DNA of 64,000 nucleotides from Batkoa obscura (Eukaryota): NCBI GenBank assembly GCA_030770535.1, contig JASVEC010000001.1, positions 1,116,001 to 1,180,000 of the forward strand, read 5' to 3'. Shown piece by piece: positions 14,564 to 27,400 of this stretch (position 1 is its first letter; each line of letters starts with the position of its first letter). The notes under the pieces were generated by a model. It saw only the letters and a program-made list of their open reading frames with translations, ran no database searches and was not told where the DNA came from. The position numbers and the translations under genes were made by a program.

Positions 14564-14968
14564 ATGAAACTAAACCTTTTGATAAGCGTGCTTAGTAGTA
14601 TGATAATCATGGGCACCATGGAGTCCCGAGCCGTTGATAATGAAATGATGGTCAAGAGAGATGGTATGTTAATAAATCTTTTACGTGGCCTTGGTCATAA
14701 GTTACATGTTCGCGAAATGTTGAATAAGCTACATCTTTCAAAGAGAGACAATGATGGCGATGATGAGGACAAAAGCGATGAAGATAAAAAAGAAGATAAA
14801 AAGGATGAAGATAAGAAAGAAGACAAAAAGGCTGAGGTCAAGAAAGATGAAAATAAATCAAAAAATGGAGCTAAATTAGTTAAAGGAAGTTCCAGTGAAA
14901 TCACTTTAATTGGAAGCTCTGCTCTCCTTCCTATTGCTCTCGCTGCTATCTATAATATTAGATATTAA
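14564..14968 (+). CDS. small secreted protein with two KR (Kex2-type) sites, an acidic/Lys repeat and a hydrophobic (GPI-like) C-terminus
   Basis: N-terminal hydrophobic signal; KR at residues 31-32 and 60-61; EDKK repeats; tail SSALLPIALAAIY. Confidence 0.8.
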   Translation: MKLNLLISVLSSMIIMGTMESRAVDNEMMVKRDGMLINLLRGLGHKLHVREMLNKLHLSKRDNDGDDEDKSDEDKKEDKKDEDKKEDKKAEVKKDENKSKNGAKLVKGSSSEITLIGSSALLPIALAAIYNIRY

Positions 14969-15641
14969 ACCCTTTGTATCTATTTAATATCAATTAATAA
15001 ACCTAAACTTTTGCTGATTCTAATACCGAGTTTTTGTTTATATAGCAGAATAATTATATACATTTATAAACAAAATCATTCAAAAACTAATAGCCATTTA
15101 ATATTTATATAATTAAGAATTTGATAGTTTATTTTGGTTTATAGATGCAGCCAGAGTATTTTCGTATTAAGTCTATTAAACTATTATAACATTAATAATA
15201 CACCAATAGCTATATATTTAAATGTAATTGTAAAGCTATACAATATAGCAAATGTTTATTTTAAAAAATCGTCTTAGATATACAATACTTAGTAAATTTT
15301 AAAGATGGTAGTACAATAAAATAAACCATTGAAAGTCATTTCAAAATAATAAGATTTTACTACTCATTGATTTAACAAAAACTACAAATATCATCTGCAG
15401 ACCGTTAACCTTCAGCTTTCATTGCTCTACATAGTTATTTCAGAAAGCACTTAGATGTAAAGGTTACAAGAATTGAAAAAAAATCAAAATGTCATCAAGT
15501 AAAGTTATACCAATTAAAATAAATATTACTTGATTTTGGTTGGTAGATAAATAAAATGGAAATTCAAGAAAAATTATTTTTGTATTTTTATATTTTTTGT
15601 ATTTTACTGTCTTTAGTTCTTTGGTATATAGATAAATAACT

Positions 15642-16950
15642 ATGAATTTCAATCTAAATAAAAAGAGATACAAAGAATCAGAAAAAAAAAGAACGCGGAT
15701 TGAAGATGGCTATGAGGACGCGGAAATAGAAATAGAGATACAAATAGATAGCATATTTGGAGATAAAGAGATAAATTTTAGTCTCAATAATGAGGATTAC
15801 AATAAGTTAAATTTTATACAATTAAAGAAGATTATTACAAATAGATATCTTAGTTCTTATTCTATACAAATCATAATCGATTATTTTTATGACGATAATA
15901 AAGTATATTCAATAGTATCTTTTTTAAGCGAGAATTTTGACACCAAAAAGATCGTTTTGAAAGCAAAAGTTAGTAAGTTTCTGGGCTATACCATCGAAGC
16001 AATCACCAAGGCTTTACAGAATAAGTTTCAACAATTCGACTTTAGCTCAGTTACGTTGCCTAACTTAAACTTTGATAACTGGCTTGCTGGGGATAAACTA
16101 TTAAAAATGATTTCATTTTTTGACTCAAAGTATTGTTCGAGAGAAGTCAATACAATTAGCTTAGATAACAATTTATTGGATGACGATTTTTTATTTCAGT
16201 TTGCAAAGTTAAATTTTATAAACTTAAATTTACTTAAGCTTGGTAATAATATGTTTTCTGGGAATGCTTTGATTCACTTTATTGCAATATTAAAACGAGA
16301 TACTCTTCAAACTTTAGATTTGAATAACACAAATTTATCAAAGTTAGATTTAGAAAGATTTTTTGATCAGCTAGATAAATTTCCAGAATTAAATTGTCTA
16401 AACCTTAATAACTGCAACTTAAATTTTGATAAAAGATATAACTTTGCGTTGCATAACAAAATTAATTTGAATTTATCAGAACTGACAGTCAATAATAATA
16501 ATCACTTTTTTCATTTTTTAAATTGTTTTAATTTAACCGAGTTAAACTTAAGCTATCTTACTATTCATAATCTTCCTTATAATCTTTTATTTTTGCTTTT
16601 GAGATCTAACATTAGGTAATTAACTTTGATTTTATTACTTGTATTTCAATAGCTAATATAATTTTAGTTTAAAACATATTAATCTCTATCACCTTTCATT
16701 TGATTCCATAACTAACTCTAATGACATTCTACTCGAGTCGACTCAATTATCTACTCTAGACCTCTCTTACTTCCCAGATTTAAAAGGTGGCTTATTTTAG
16801 TATTTTTATAATAATTTATTTATTTTTTCTACTATAGTTTTAAACGAATGGCTGAATGTGTTGTTACCCAAAGCACATAATTTAACACGCTTAATTCTAA
16901 AAGGCATTAAAGAGTTTGAAATTAAGTTTAATGGTCCTATCTATTGGTAA
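15642..16950 (+). CDS. leucine-rich repeat (RNI-like) protein, multi-exon
   Basis: LxxLxLxxN repeats (ISLDNNLL, LKLGNNMF, LDLNNTNL, LNLNNCNL); introns near 16615-16668 and 16787-16838 extend the gene to a TAA near 16950. Confidence 0.7.
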
Positions 16951-17973
16951 CTACTATAAATTATCAAAATTCATGTTGGCTTATTAGTATATGAATGACA
17001 TGCCTTTCAAATGATGCAATGCTAAAATAGATAAGTAACTTGATTTATTATACTTTAAATATGTTAATATAATATTATACATATTTTATACGTTTCATTA
17101 AGAATATGTTAATTTTTTAAGAATACACATCAATCTAAATAGCAAAGTTCATGAAAGTATGTTTTAAATCACGAACATTTGGTTCATTGAAAACTCTGAA
17201 TTTAATATAAACTATCCTTTTATAAGATTTAGTTCATGTATAATCTTTTAATCTTTTAATCTTTTAATAATCATGATTTGAATTCAATGTAAGTAGTTTG
17301 TAAACTTTCAATAAATTCTATAGGTATTATCCACTTATAACAAGCATTCCTCCTAATTTTTATGATTTCAAACTAAATCAGCTTAATACTTACATTCAGA
17401 TATATCACTCTTATACACCAAAATCATTAACATTCGCGATAAAGCTTTAGTGGAAAACTATGTCTTATTAGATAAAATTTATAAAGGAATAAGATGAACC
17501 AATAGCTAAATATACCTATGGTTAATATCTCAGTTTGATTTTTCCATCTGATTGTTGAAAGAATAATTATAAATCGTAAAAAGTTTATTAGCGCATAGTT
17601 AATCTATGTAACATATAGATGTTTAAAATGACTTATGACCGTTCTATGAAATGGAAATATATGTTGTTTTGTCTATAAGAACTCATTTTTGAATTTCGTT
17701 TATTTACTCTGTTTAATAAGTTTTATAAGTTAAAATAGTTAATACTTTGAATAAAGATATTGATTTATTTGTCAATAGTGTGGGGAATAAAAGAACTTAA
17801 TATAACTTTTAACTTTTATTCTCAACCTATAGTTGTTCTGATTTGGTTTAGATATTTTTACAATTTTAAATGTTTTAATTAAATATCATATTTTAATATT
17901 ATTAGACCTTTTTTATATTAATAAGTAGACTTGAGCTTATTTTTACTTTTATTTCAAGTAGATTTAACTAAAT

Positions 17974-18072
17974 GGGGATGTATTTTTTTATTTAAGAATT
18001 CTACTAACAATCTTTCCGCTCAAATAGCGCTTAAAAAATGTAAAAAGTAATGAAACCAAAAAAAACATTCTC
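17974..18072. mobile_element. ~98-bp MITE copy
   Basis: GGGGATGT start, consensus body; TSD AAAT/AAAT. Confidence 0.9.
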
Positions 18073-18718
18073 AAATTAAATTTTACATACTACTTTTTGG
18101 ATCCTTATCCTTTAAGGGGAGCACCTTATTGAAATAACACTTATAACAATAATAGCATAATTTAATATATTTAATATTTTTTTACAATAAATATACAATC
18201 TTTTTATCACCTTCTCAAATAATCTGATAATCTATGAACTTATTCTTTTAATATTTAAATAATCACAAGACTTTATTAGTGTCTAAATATTCTTACAATA
18301 TTATTAAAAACAACCTATTTTGTTTGTTTTTTGATCAATCTTGATTTTGCAAATGTTTGAAAATTCCTCTAGTGCTAGAACTTTAATGATATTTATCAAA
18401 TGGATAAATTTAAATTCACTTTATACCTTAAACTAATTTTATTTACAAATACACAATTTGAAAGATAGTATACCAACAACATTAAGGATATTTTATTATT
18501 TCACTCTTAAAACTTCACTCTACTTTAAATACCTACCACCAGTCCTTCACTTCTACTCCTTTGTCCTATACAATAAATTCATCTATCAAAATACCTTCTC
18601 ATAGCCTTTGAACTAATTTGGGAAATTCTTTTAAATTTTCAATGGAATGATAATTTAAATACATTTCCGCATATTTAAAAATAAAAAATAATTACCATTC
18701 TTAAAAATTCTTTCTCAA

Positions 18719-18818
18719 CCAATAGCAGTTGGGTTCTATCAGATTACTGATCTGATAAGACAAAGGTGGTAGTGTAAAATAACATTTACATATTTGCTTG
18801 TAAAGGACAGTATAAAAA
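18719..18818 (+). promoter_or_regulatory. putative iron-regulated promoter: CCAAT box, inverted pair of ATCTGATA(A/G) GATA sites, TATA box
   Basis: CCAAT 18719-18723; CTATCAGAT 18736-18744 and ATCTGATAA 18750-18758; TATAAAA at 18811; upstream of a siderophore transporter. Confidence 0.6.
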
Positions 18819-18916
18819 GAAAGGATAAAACACAAATAAAAAAAATTGTTTTGTAAAATAATAATACTTAAATTGATTAAGGTTTAATAAAATAAACTTT
18901 TTGAGTTTACAAAAAA

Positions 18917-20629
18917 ATGAAAGATAATTTAAGAGCAGAGTTTGGGCCAGAAGAGATCAACAATGTAGATCAAAAAGAGCTTACCATTGATGAAGTAGGG
19001 GCAAGAAGGATGGCTAGTATACGTGGTATCATGAGTCGTCCCCAACTATGGGCCTGTTATATTGGTTTATTACTCATTACCTTCGTAGTCTCCTTAGAAG
19101 TCAACTTGGGCTATGGCCTTTTAAATGCTGCTTTAGAAGAGTTTAAAGCAAATGCATTAACCAGTGTGATCTCTGTAGTGACCAGCTTGATGGGCATTGT
19201 ACTTGTACCTTTGTATTCCAAGATCAGTGATTTTTTTGGACGTACTGAAATCTTTTTGACCTCTTTATTAATCTATATGCTAGGCTTAATCCTTACCTTT
19301 TCAGCTAACTCATTTTCTACCTTTTCCGCTGGGTGGATCTTTACTAGTATTGGATCTACAGGATATGAAATCATTAAGGCCGTATTAATGGCTGATTTAA
19401 CCTCTTTAGCCAATCGTGCCAATTTAAATGCTGCTGACATGATCCCCTTTGTTATGAATAATTGGATCGGTACCTTTTCCGCTACCCCAATTAATGATAA
19501 TCTTGGATGGCGATGGGGATATATTATACCTACTATTTTATTTGTTCCCTTTATTTTTCTATTCTTTAGTATGATGTTTTATCTACAGTATAAAGCCAAG
19601 AAACAAACAAATAGATTTGTAAGTATCAAACAGTTTGGGCTCAAAAAAGCAATAAAGAAAATTTATCACGATATTGATTTGGTGGGCTTTGCCTTATTAA
19701 CTGTGAGTTTACTCTTGATTATGCTTCCTTTGATAGTTGCTGGTACTTTAAAAGATGGTTGGAATACACCTAGTATGATTACATTAATTGTAATTGGGGG
19801 TATATTGTTTATAGGACTGATCGTATGGGAATATAAATATTCTAAACATCCCTTAATTCCAGTACAAATGTTAAAGAATAAGACTACATTGGGTGGTGTT
19901 TTAATTGCTTTTTTTATCAAGATGGATGCAGGTTTAAATTGGCAATACTTTTATTTATACTTTATGATCTCACGTAAATTAGACCCAACTAGTGCCTTGT
20001 TATTATTTAAAGGAAATCAAGTTGGTTATTTAGTTTCTGTTTTAGTTTCTGGACTTTTAATTAAGAGGTTGCCTAATTTTAAATATTTATTGATTGCTGG
20101 TACTGTTGTCAATTGTATTGGTTTAGGTACTATGATACCTGCTAGATTCCCACACTCTAGTGATGTCTCTATTCATGTTACCCAAGCAATATCTGGGATT
20201 GGACAAGGTATGATTGATATGAGTGTAATTATAGCCTATCAAGGCACAGTGAGTAGAAAAGACGTAGCTATTGTTACAGCCACTGTTCAATTGTTAAGAA
20301 ATGTAGCTACCTCAATTGGTGGAACAATAGCTGGTGCTATTTGGACTCAAGTGGTACCTCAGCTTATTCAAAGAAATGTAAAAGGTGAAATTGATCTTAC
20401 TAGAGCTATGAATGAAATTGCTTATGTTTGGGGATTACCCGATAATCAGTTTGAACAGGTTGTAAATGGATTTGGAGATGGCCAAATGATCATTTCCGCA
20501 GTATCTTGTGCTTTAGGTGTGATTGGGTTTCTAATTGCTGTATTTATGGTTAAACCTGTCGATGTCCACAATACACAAAGATTCGATGAGAATATTACAG
20601 ATGAAAATGAAGAAGTGTTTAAAGATTAA
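18917..20629 (+). CDS. MFS siderophore-iron transporter (SIT/ARN-like, ~14 TM)
   Basis: 570-aa intronless hydrophobic ORF; YSKISDFFGRTE (MFS motif A), ADLTSLANR, GWRWGY, IGGTIAGAIWTQ typical of fungal SIT/ARN/Str proteins. Confidence 0.9.
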   Translation: MKDNLRAEFGPEEINNVDQKELTIDEVGARRMASIRGIMSRPQLWACYIGLLLITFVVSLEVNLGYGLLNAALEEFKANALTSVISVVTSLMGIVLVPLYSKISDFFGRTEIFLTSLLIYMLGLILTFSANSFSTFSAGWIFTSIGSTGYEIIKAVLMADLTSLANRANLNAADMIPFVMNNWIGTFSATPINDNLGWRWGYIIPTILFVPFIFLFFSMMFYLQYKAKKQTNRFVSIKQFGLKKAIKKIYHDIDLVGFALLTVSLLLIMLPLIVAGTLKDGWNTPSMITLIVIGGILFIGLIVWEYKYSKHPLIPVQMLKNKTTLGGVLIAFFIKMDAGLNWQYFYLYFMISRKLDPTSALLLFKGNQVGYLVSVLVSGLLIKRLPNFKYLLIAGTVVNCIGLGTMIPARFPHSSDVSIHVTQAISGIGQGMIDMSVIIAYQGTVSRKDVAIVTATVQLLRNVATSIGGTIAGAIWTQVVPQLIQRNVKGEIDLTRAMNEIAYVWGLPDNQFEQVVNGFGDGQMIISAVSCALGVIGFLIAVFMVKPVDVHNTQRFDENITDENEEVFKD

Positions 20630-20757
20630 GTTTACATTATGTTTTTCAAAAAAGCCATCAATTTAATATTTAATAAAGTTTACCTGTTTAATAGATAAAT
20701 AACGATTTTCATTTTCTCGACTTTCATTCATAAGTTATTTTATCTCAATAGTGATAC

Positions 20758-20853
20758 GGGGGTGTTTTTTGGTTTCATTATTTTTTCCATTTTTAAGCGC
20801 CATTCGGGTGGAATAATTGTTAGTAAAATTCTTAAACAAAAAAGCACATCCCC
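20758..20853. mobile_element. ~98-bp MITE copy
   Basis: GGGGGTGT...ACATCCCC; flanks ATAC/ATAT. Confidence 0.9.
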
Positions 20854-21701
20854 ATATGTAAAAATATAAACTATCATAAAAAAAGTCAAATTTTAAATTA
20901 TTTTTTTGTTTAAAATTGCTTATAAAAACTTTAAACACTTTATAAATATTATATTTTTTTACAAGTTTAGTTTATTATAAATTTTAAGTTTAGATTTAAA
21001 TTAATTTAAAAGTTTTAGCATGTAATTTTAACTAAGCTTTTAAATTTATTTATAGTTTATTTATCATATTTAATTATATTCAAAATAGTTTTTTAAAAGC
21101 TGAAAAAGCAATTATATAATTTTTTAGTAAAAAATAATGCTAATTAAAAATATATAAATAGGGATGTCCGAATTGGGTACATTTTTTTATCCAATTTTTA
21201 AATATTTTAAAAACTTTGCTTAAAATTCTGTAAAAATAAATTCTTTATTAAAAACCAAGAGTACCTGACACAATTTTAAATTATTTTATTATAATTTATA
21301 TCGTAAGTTAACGGAATTTCTATTAAATTCAATAAAAATTCCCGGATTAATAAGGCTTTTACTAATATAACCTATATATTAATATCAATCAAAGTTGTAT
21401 ATAAATAAATACATACCTATATAAAACCTTATTAAAAAATGTTTATTACTGACTGCTTTATAGCCAATATTGCAGATTTGCTATTAAATGAATAAATTAT
21501 TTTAGTATTATAATTATATTATTGATATATTATTAAGTTAATAAATAGCTGCATGGGAGGAGGGATTGGTTAGTCCCAAAGCTATAATCAACCATCTTTG
21601 TATATTATAAGCAATATAACGATAATTTTTATTTATTATTACAGTTGCTTACTCTTTGGCTATTTATTAACTTAGCTGTTAATAATTTAATATCAACATT
21701 T

Positions 21702-21800
21702 GGGAGTGTTTTATTTGGCTTCATCGTTTTTTCCATTTTCTAAGCGCTATTTGAGCGGAAAAACTGTTAGTAAAATTCTTAATCATAAAAATACATCATC
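21702..21800. mobile_element. ~98-bp MITE nested in a Sola2-like copy
   Basis: TSD ATTT/ATTT; empty homologous site at 44905-44908. Confidence 0.9.
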
Positions 21801-22070
21801 ATTTAATGATTGATTTCTATCGTTTAATAAACTATTTACTTGCTTTTAGTAAATAGTGAAACTAAATTTTCAGTTATTTTTGTAAGATAAGCTGGGGTTG
21901 ACCTTTAAATTTTTCTATTTTCTATAGACTCTACAACTTTAATTGGACTTGTATCACTTTTTTTGATCTATCAGATACTGGATAACAGTGTAATTTATTA
22001 TCACGTTTTATAAAATGTAAATGCTTTTTAATACCTTGTATTTTTATTATTTTTATTATTTTTATTATAT

Positions 22071-22169
22071 GGGGATGTATTTTTATGTTTAAGAATTTTA
22101 CTAACAATTTTTCCACTCAAATAGCGCTTAGAAAATGGAAAAAGTGATGAAGCCAAAAAAAACACCCCC
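22071..22169. mobile_element. ~98-bp MITE nested in a Sola2-like copy
   Basis: GGGGATGT...ACACCCCC; TSD ATAT/ATAT. Confidence 0.92.
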
Positions 22170-22842
22170 ATATCTTTGTTTCTTTCATACTTTTTAAAAA
22201 TTATATTTGTTTTCCCATTATTGTTAGTTGAATTATTAATTCTATTATGTTCACAAATAAAAATCTCAAATTTTGAAATTAATTGATCAATATCTTCTAT
22301 TTTACTTAATACTTCAAAACTGTTCTTCCATTGTGAAAGATTTCCAAAATGTCCATCAATCATACTTTTTCTATGATGCTCAGCAAAAAAATTAAGGTCA
22401 ATGTTTAAACTATTATTTGTTTTATGAATTTTTTTAAATATATAATGTAAAAACCCTTGAGATTTAAAATAATTCCCTGTATCTATTTATATATTAATTT
22501 TTGTAAACTTTTTAAATAAAGGCTCTTTAGATACTAAATCAACTAAACAGTTTCTTACATATGCTGAATCATGATTTAATATTTCATAAATAATCAAAAT
22601 AAACTCTATCTATTGTTCTATCATTTTTTAAATACAAAACGCCAAACCCTAATACTGATATAGCTTGCTTATTATAATGATCTAAATTTATTAGGTCTGG
22701 TTTTATATTTATATTTATATTTATATTTTGTTTAAAATCTAAACTTATTATACAACTTCTATTATTTACTTTTTTAATAGTTTTTCATTAAATATGTTTT
22801 TTTGAGTATCAACACAAAATTCATGTAATTTATATAACCTTT

Positions 22843-23528
22843 TGTGAAAGTTGGTACTCAGTGGTAGGAGTTAAAAACAGTTCTTGCTTGATTAACTTGC
22901 CTTAAGTCGAACGGTCTTAGTTTATGTAACTAAGATAGATTTAAATGAATAGGAATAATACGTAATAAGTTACGAACTGTGTAAAACAAATAGAATAGAC
23001 AATACTACTGTAAAATCTACGTAAGATGTTGTCAGAAAGACTTAGTGGCTTTATTAATAGTACGATATCAGGGAGTAATTCAATTAAAAAGCCTCGAGTT
23101 AGTATGTTGAAGAATCTCTTTTATACACCAACTGGATGGCTGTACATGGGGGTGTTTTTTTGGCTTCATTATTTTTTCCATTTTTCAAGCGCTATTTCAG
23201 CGGAAAGATTGTTAGTAAAATTCTTAAATAAAAAGATACATCCCCATATAAGGAACATTATAGCAGTTATTCCTTATTATAGTTGCCAAGTATGGAAATT
23301 AAAACGTGGACAATAAGTTCTTCGTGATCAGGTGGTAGAGCAATTCTCACAGCAAATCTATATGAGGATGTTTTTTTGGTTTCATTACTTTTTCCATTTT
23401 TAAGCACCATTTAAGCGGAAAAATTATTAGTAAATTTCTTAAACAAAAAAATACATTCCCATATGAGGAACTCTGAATTGATTATTATATTATAATCAAT
23501 CCTAGAGCTAATGAAGCGATATTTCACA
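22843..23528 (+). mobile_element. solo-LTR-like element carrying two MITE insertions (23148-23245, 23364-23460)
   Basis: TGTGAAA...TTTCACA termini; homologous to 43028-43501, 46774-47131 and 47555-48096. Confidence 0.7.
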
Positions 23529-23954
23529 GTTACATTAGTAAAGTTTTTGCTAATATGACAATTCTTATTAAATTCAGCATTTTTAGATTTTTTTGCTTTT
23601 GATTTTATTAAATAAAAGCTTTTTAAACTAAAAATTAAAATTTTAAATAGACTTTAAAAAGCTAGAAAGTATATAAACAAATGATTTTAAATATAGTTAT
23701 CAAAATATACCTGAGTTGAAATAAACAGTATAAAAATATTTTCAACAATTAAAAGATTCAGTTAAAATAAGTTAATTATTTTAATAAACTTAGATTATAA
23801 TTTTAAATAAATTTTTAAAACTGTTTATAAAATTTTAAACAATTTTATATTAATTAATATCAAAAAATATTAGAATTTCTAATTTCAAATCAATTTTTTA
23901 CTGATATAAATTTAAGTTATTATTGATATGGACAGTATAGTTTTAATAGTATAA

Positions 23955-24050
23955 GGGTGGTTTTTTTGGTTTCATTACTTTTTCCATTTTTTGAATGCTA
24001 TTTGAGTGGAAAAATTGCTAATAAAATTCCTAAACAAAAAACACATCCCC
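23955..24050. mobile_element. ~98-bp MITE copy
   Basis: Consensus body ending ACACATCCCC, followed by ATAT. Confidence 0.85.
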
Positions 24051-24466
24051 ATATATTAAAAAGCATCTCTAAGCTACTTGTTAAGCTAGATTTTTAGTGT
24101 ATTTATCAGATTCCAGAGTTATGAGAAAGTAGGGATTATTTAAAAAGATGGCATAAACAACTAATAATGATATAATAATAGGTAAAAATATATTATGATA
24201 TTTTGAAAAATCGAACATTGAACATTTTAAATAATTTTACAATACTTAAGTTATTTAATAAGAACATTATATTTTTTGGTAGTTATAAACTTATAAAACT
24301 GAAGGAATAAAAATAAATTCCTTTATAAATTGATGCAACCAAAATTTGTCCATTTATAAAAATGGTTCGAACCAGCCAATAAGGCTTGCTATAAATATTG
24401 CTTTTGATAAAAATAAAACAGTAAAAAAATAATGTTCTATTTCACTCTATAAATACATCCCCTAAA

Positions 24467-27400
24467 ATGAGAAAGCCATGGGAAACTGAAGAGTTAAGCG
24501 AAGACTGGATAGAAGAAGAATCAAAAGAAGAGGAAACAAAAAAAGATAGTGAAGAAAAAACTGAAGAATTAAAAAATCAAAGTGTCAGAAAGAAACGAGG
24601 GTATGGTACTGTAAAGATCAATACAATAGGTAAACCCACCACTATCTCATTTTCAGCTATAAAGACATTACAAGAAGGAGGAACTTTAGTCATTCATGAA
24701 AATAAAAATGATAGCGTTAAATCGCAATCCACGATTAAAGCTAATAAAGAAAGCAAATTGAAATGGAATATGAAGAACAAAGACTTTTTCACACCATTGA
24801 GTCTTGAAGTCATGTTTGAGAAGCCTAAAGAAAAGATCATGAAAAACGTATCCCCAAGCAAAATTCCTTTGGTTAAAAACAGCCCAAATTTAGCTCCTTG
24901 TTTAAGTAATGGCAAGCTGTTAGCTTCCCCTTTAAGAAGGATTTCTGCTCACCGTGGTGTCCATTTTAAGCTAAATAGTAGGGATCCAAGTCCATACACT
25001 TTAGAGCCAAGAAACTTACCATTTAACTTGAATATTAAAGAAGTACCTGATCGACCACATACTGCGCCCCAAGGTTTAATAAAAGAAGAAAAAATGAAAC
25101 GGAGTGTAAGCAATGAAGGGGAGAGAATTAATAATAAAATGAGCAACACTAGTAATTTAGAATTATTCCCTTCGCAGTATGATTTAGATACACAAAATAA
25201 TTTAAGTCAATTATTAAATCAGTTGGATGGTAGTGAAAGCGATAAAACATCTTCTTTATCTCAAGGCTCTTCCTCAGAGAAAGGAATTAAGAGGATGGTA
25301 TCTGCCCCTAACTTGAGCGGTCAGTTAAATAATCGACCAAGTCCATTTCGAATGTTAACCCCGCACCCACCCACTTGGGAATGGCTAAAGATGCAAAGTG
25401 AAAGCGAATGCAGTGCAAATAACGAAGGGGAATATGTTAACCAAAACAATTCATTCTCATTTGATGAAGATATCAATGAACATGATTGGCTTAAAGAACT
25501 GCCCTTAGAGATCGGTGATCTAAGTGAACCAAGGTCCAGTTCCACTTTATCTAAGAAGAGTAATAATTTAGCCACACCCAATCAAAATCAACCAAAACAG
25601 ATGATTACAAATGAGATCATCACTAACAGCTTCAGGAAGGAAATGAATCTCAGCAATAATAACAATAATGCTAATAACAAGATTAAAAATAACAGTCCTA
25701 TTAGTATGGAATTATGGGAAGAATTTTTCAAAACGAAACAAAGTAAATTAGGCCCAGATAGAGTAGCAGAGCAATTGAAAAAATATGGAATTTTACCATA
25801 TTACTATTTGGATTCTTATCCCGTATTAATTCAGCCCCATCAATTAGGTAATGTGCCGAAATTAGTTAATAATATGAAGTTTGATTCGTTAAATTTAAAG
25901 TGGAAGCCATTGATGGAAGATGAAGATGATCCATTTAAGTCAATCAAAACACTTAAGCTGAATAGTACAGAATTTAAAAACATGATAAATGCTGCTAAGG
26001 GAAATAACAACAATATATTAAATAATAGTAATAGTATATTAAACATTAATACTAATAGTAACATATTAAATACAAATAATATCAAAAGAAAAGTGGAATT
26101 AAACAAGTACTTGAAGCAAAATCAAGAAAATACTAACTTAGATTTAGATTTAGATTTGAATGCCTTTTTAAATAAAGACAAGCCAGCTAGCTTAAGTAAC
26201 AACTTAAGTGAGCATAAAAGTAATATCAATAATTTATTAAAAGATAATTTAAATCAAGAAGAAGAGGAAGAAGCAAGTTTGACGGAATTTTTAAATAACA
26301 AAACCCAATTAAATGAAAGTATATTGAGTGTTGATAGTAATGACAATAAGGACTCAGACAATGAAGAAGATGAAGAGGAATTGGATTTAAAAGTATTCTT
26401 AAATAAAAATAAAAATAAAGAAAGTAAAACATTAAATAAAAAAGAAAGCATAGAAATAAATAGTAAGAATAAATTATATTAAAAATTAAATTTGAATGTT
26501 AACTCTATTTAAGCTACCAAGAATCATGCTAAAGAATATAATGATGAAATGAATAGTTGTTTATCCAATAACAGTAAAGAAGGTAGTAGTAAACAAAGCA
26601 TCAACGTCAACGACAACTTAAATTATTCCTTTCCAAAAAAGAGTTACTCATTAAATAATACAATGAAATTGATGGTGGATAAACATACACAGACACATGA
26701 CCTAGAAAGGGAAGACTCTATAGATTCAATAGATTTTAACTATTGGAATTTTTATTTTATATCTATGGATCATTTGGCTTCTGTTAAATTAAAATATTGT
26801 AAACTTAAAGATATGAAAGGTAGTTATTATTTAATAATAACATAATAATTGTGTATTAATTGGTCCTATTTTTAGTATTTCATCAACTCAAAAATCTGAA
26901 GCATTTGAATTTAAGTCATAATCATATTACTACTATCTATGGCACATTTTTAAATCTTATTGATTTTGATATTTCATACAATTCGTTAAATAATGTTTCA
27001 TTCTCTACTTTGAATCAAATTATGTAAGTATTTAATATGACATAGTTATAATAAACTGGTTAAAACATATTTAGGCCTAACTTAAAACGAATAAACTTAG
27101 AAAACAATCAACTAACGAAGTTAAAATTAAGCCCTAGTAAATTAGAAAGTATCAAAGTAAACAATAATAATATAACTCGTGTTTATGGGCAAAACAATAA
27201 TTTAATTAAACTCAATTTAAGTGGCACTTCTATTTCAAAATTACCTTGTTTAAAATTAACATGTTCAAATTTAAAAAAATTGAGTTTAAATAACTTAAAT
27301 GATTTCACTTTACCCCCTTTCAATGATTTGAAAAATATCCACTTTTTAAGCCTTTCTTATTCAAAATTTAATGTGATAAAAAGCATATCTTCTATTTCTA

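Larger units (their letters stand above)
21160..22842 (-). mobile_element. decayed Sola2-like DNA transposon copy (one end plus the 3' part of the transposase)
   Basis: Terminus (A)GGGATGTCCGAATTGG; minus-strand translation CIISLDFKQNI, HDSAYV, FFAEHHRKSMIDGHFG; homologous to 44442-45820; cut by an LTR-like element at 22843. Confidence 0.8.
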
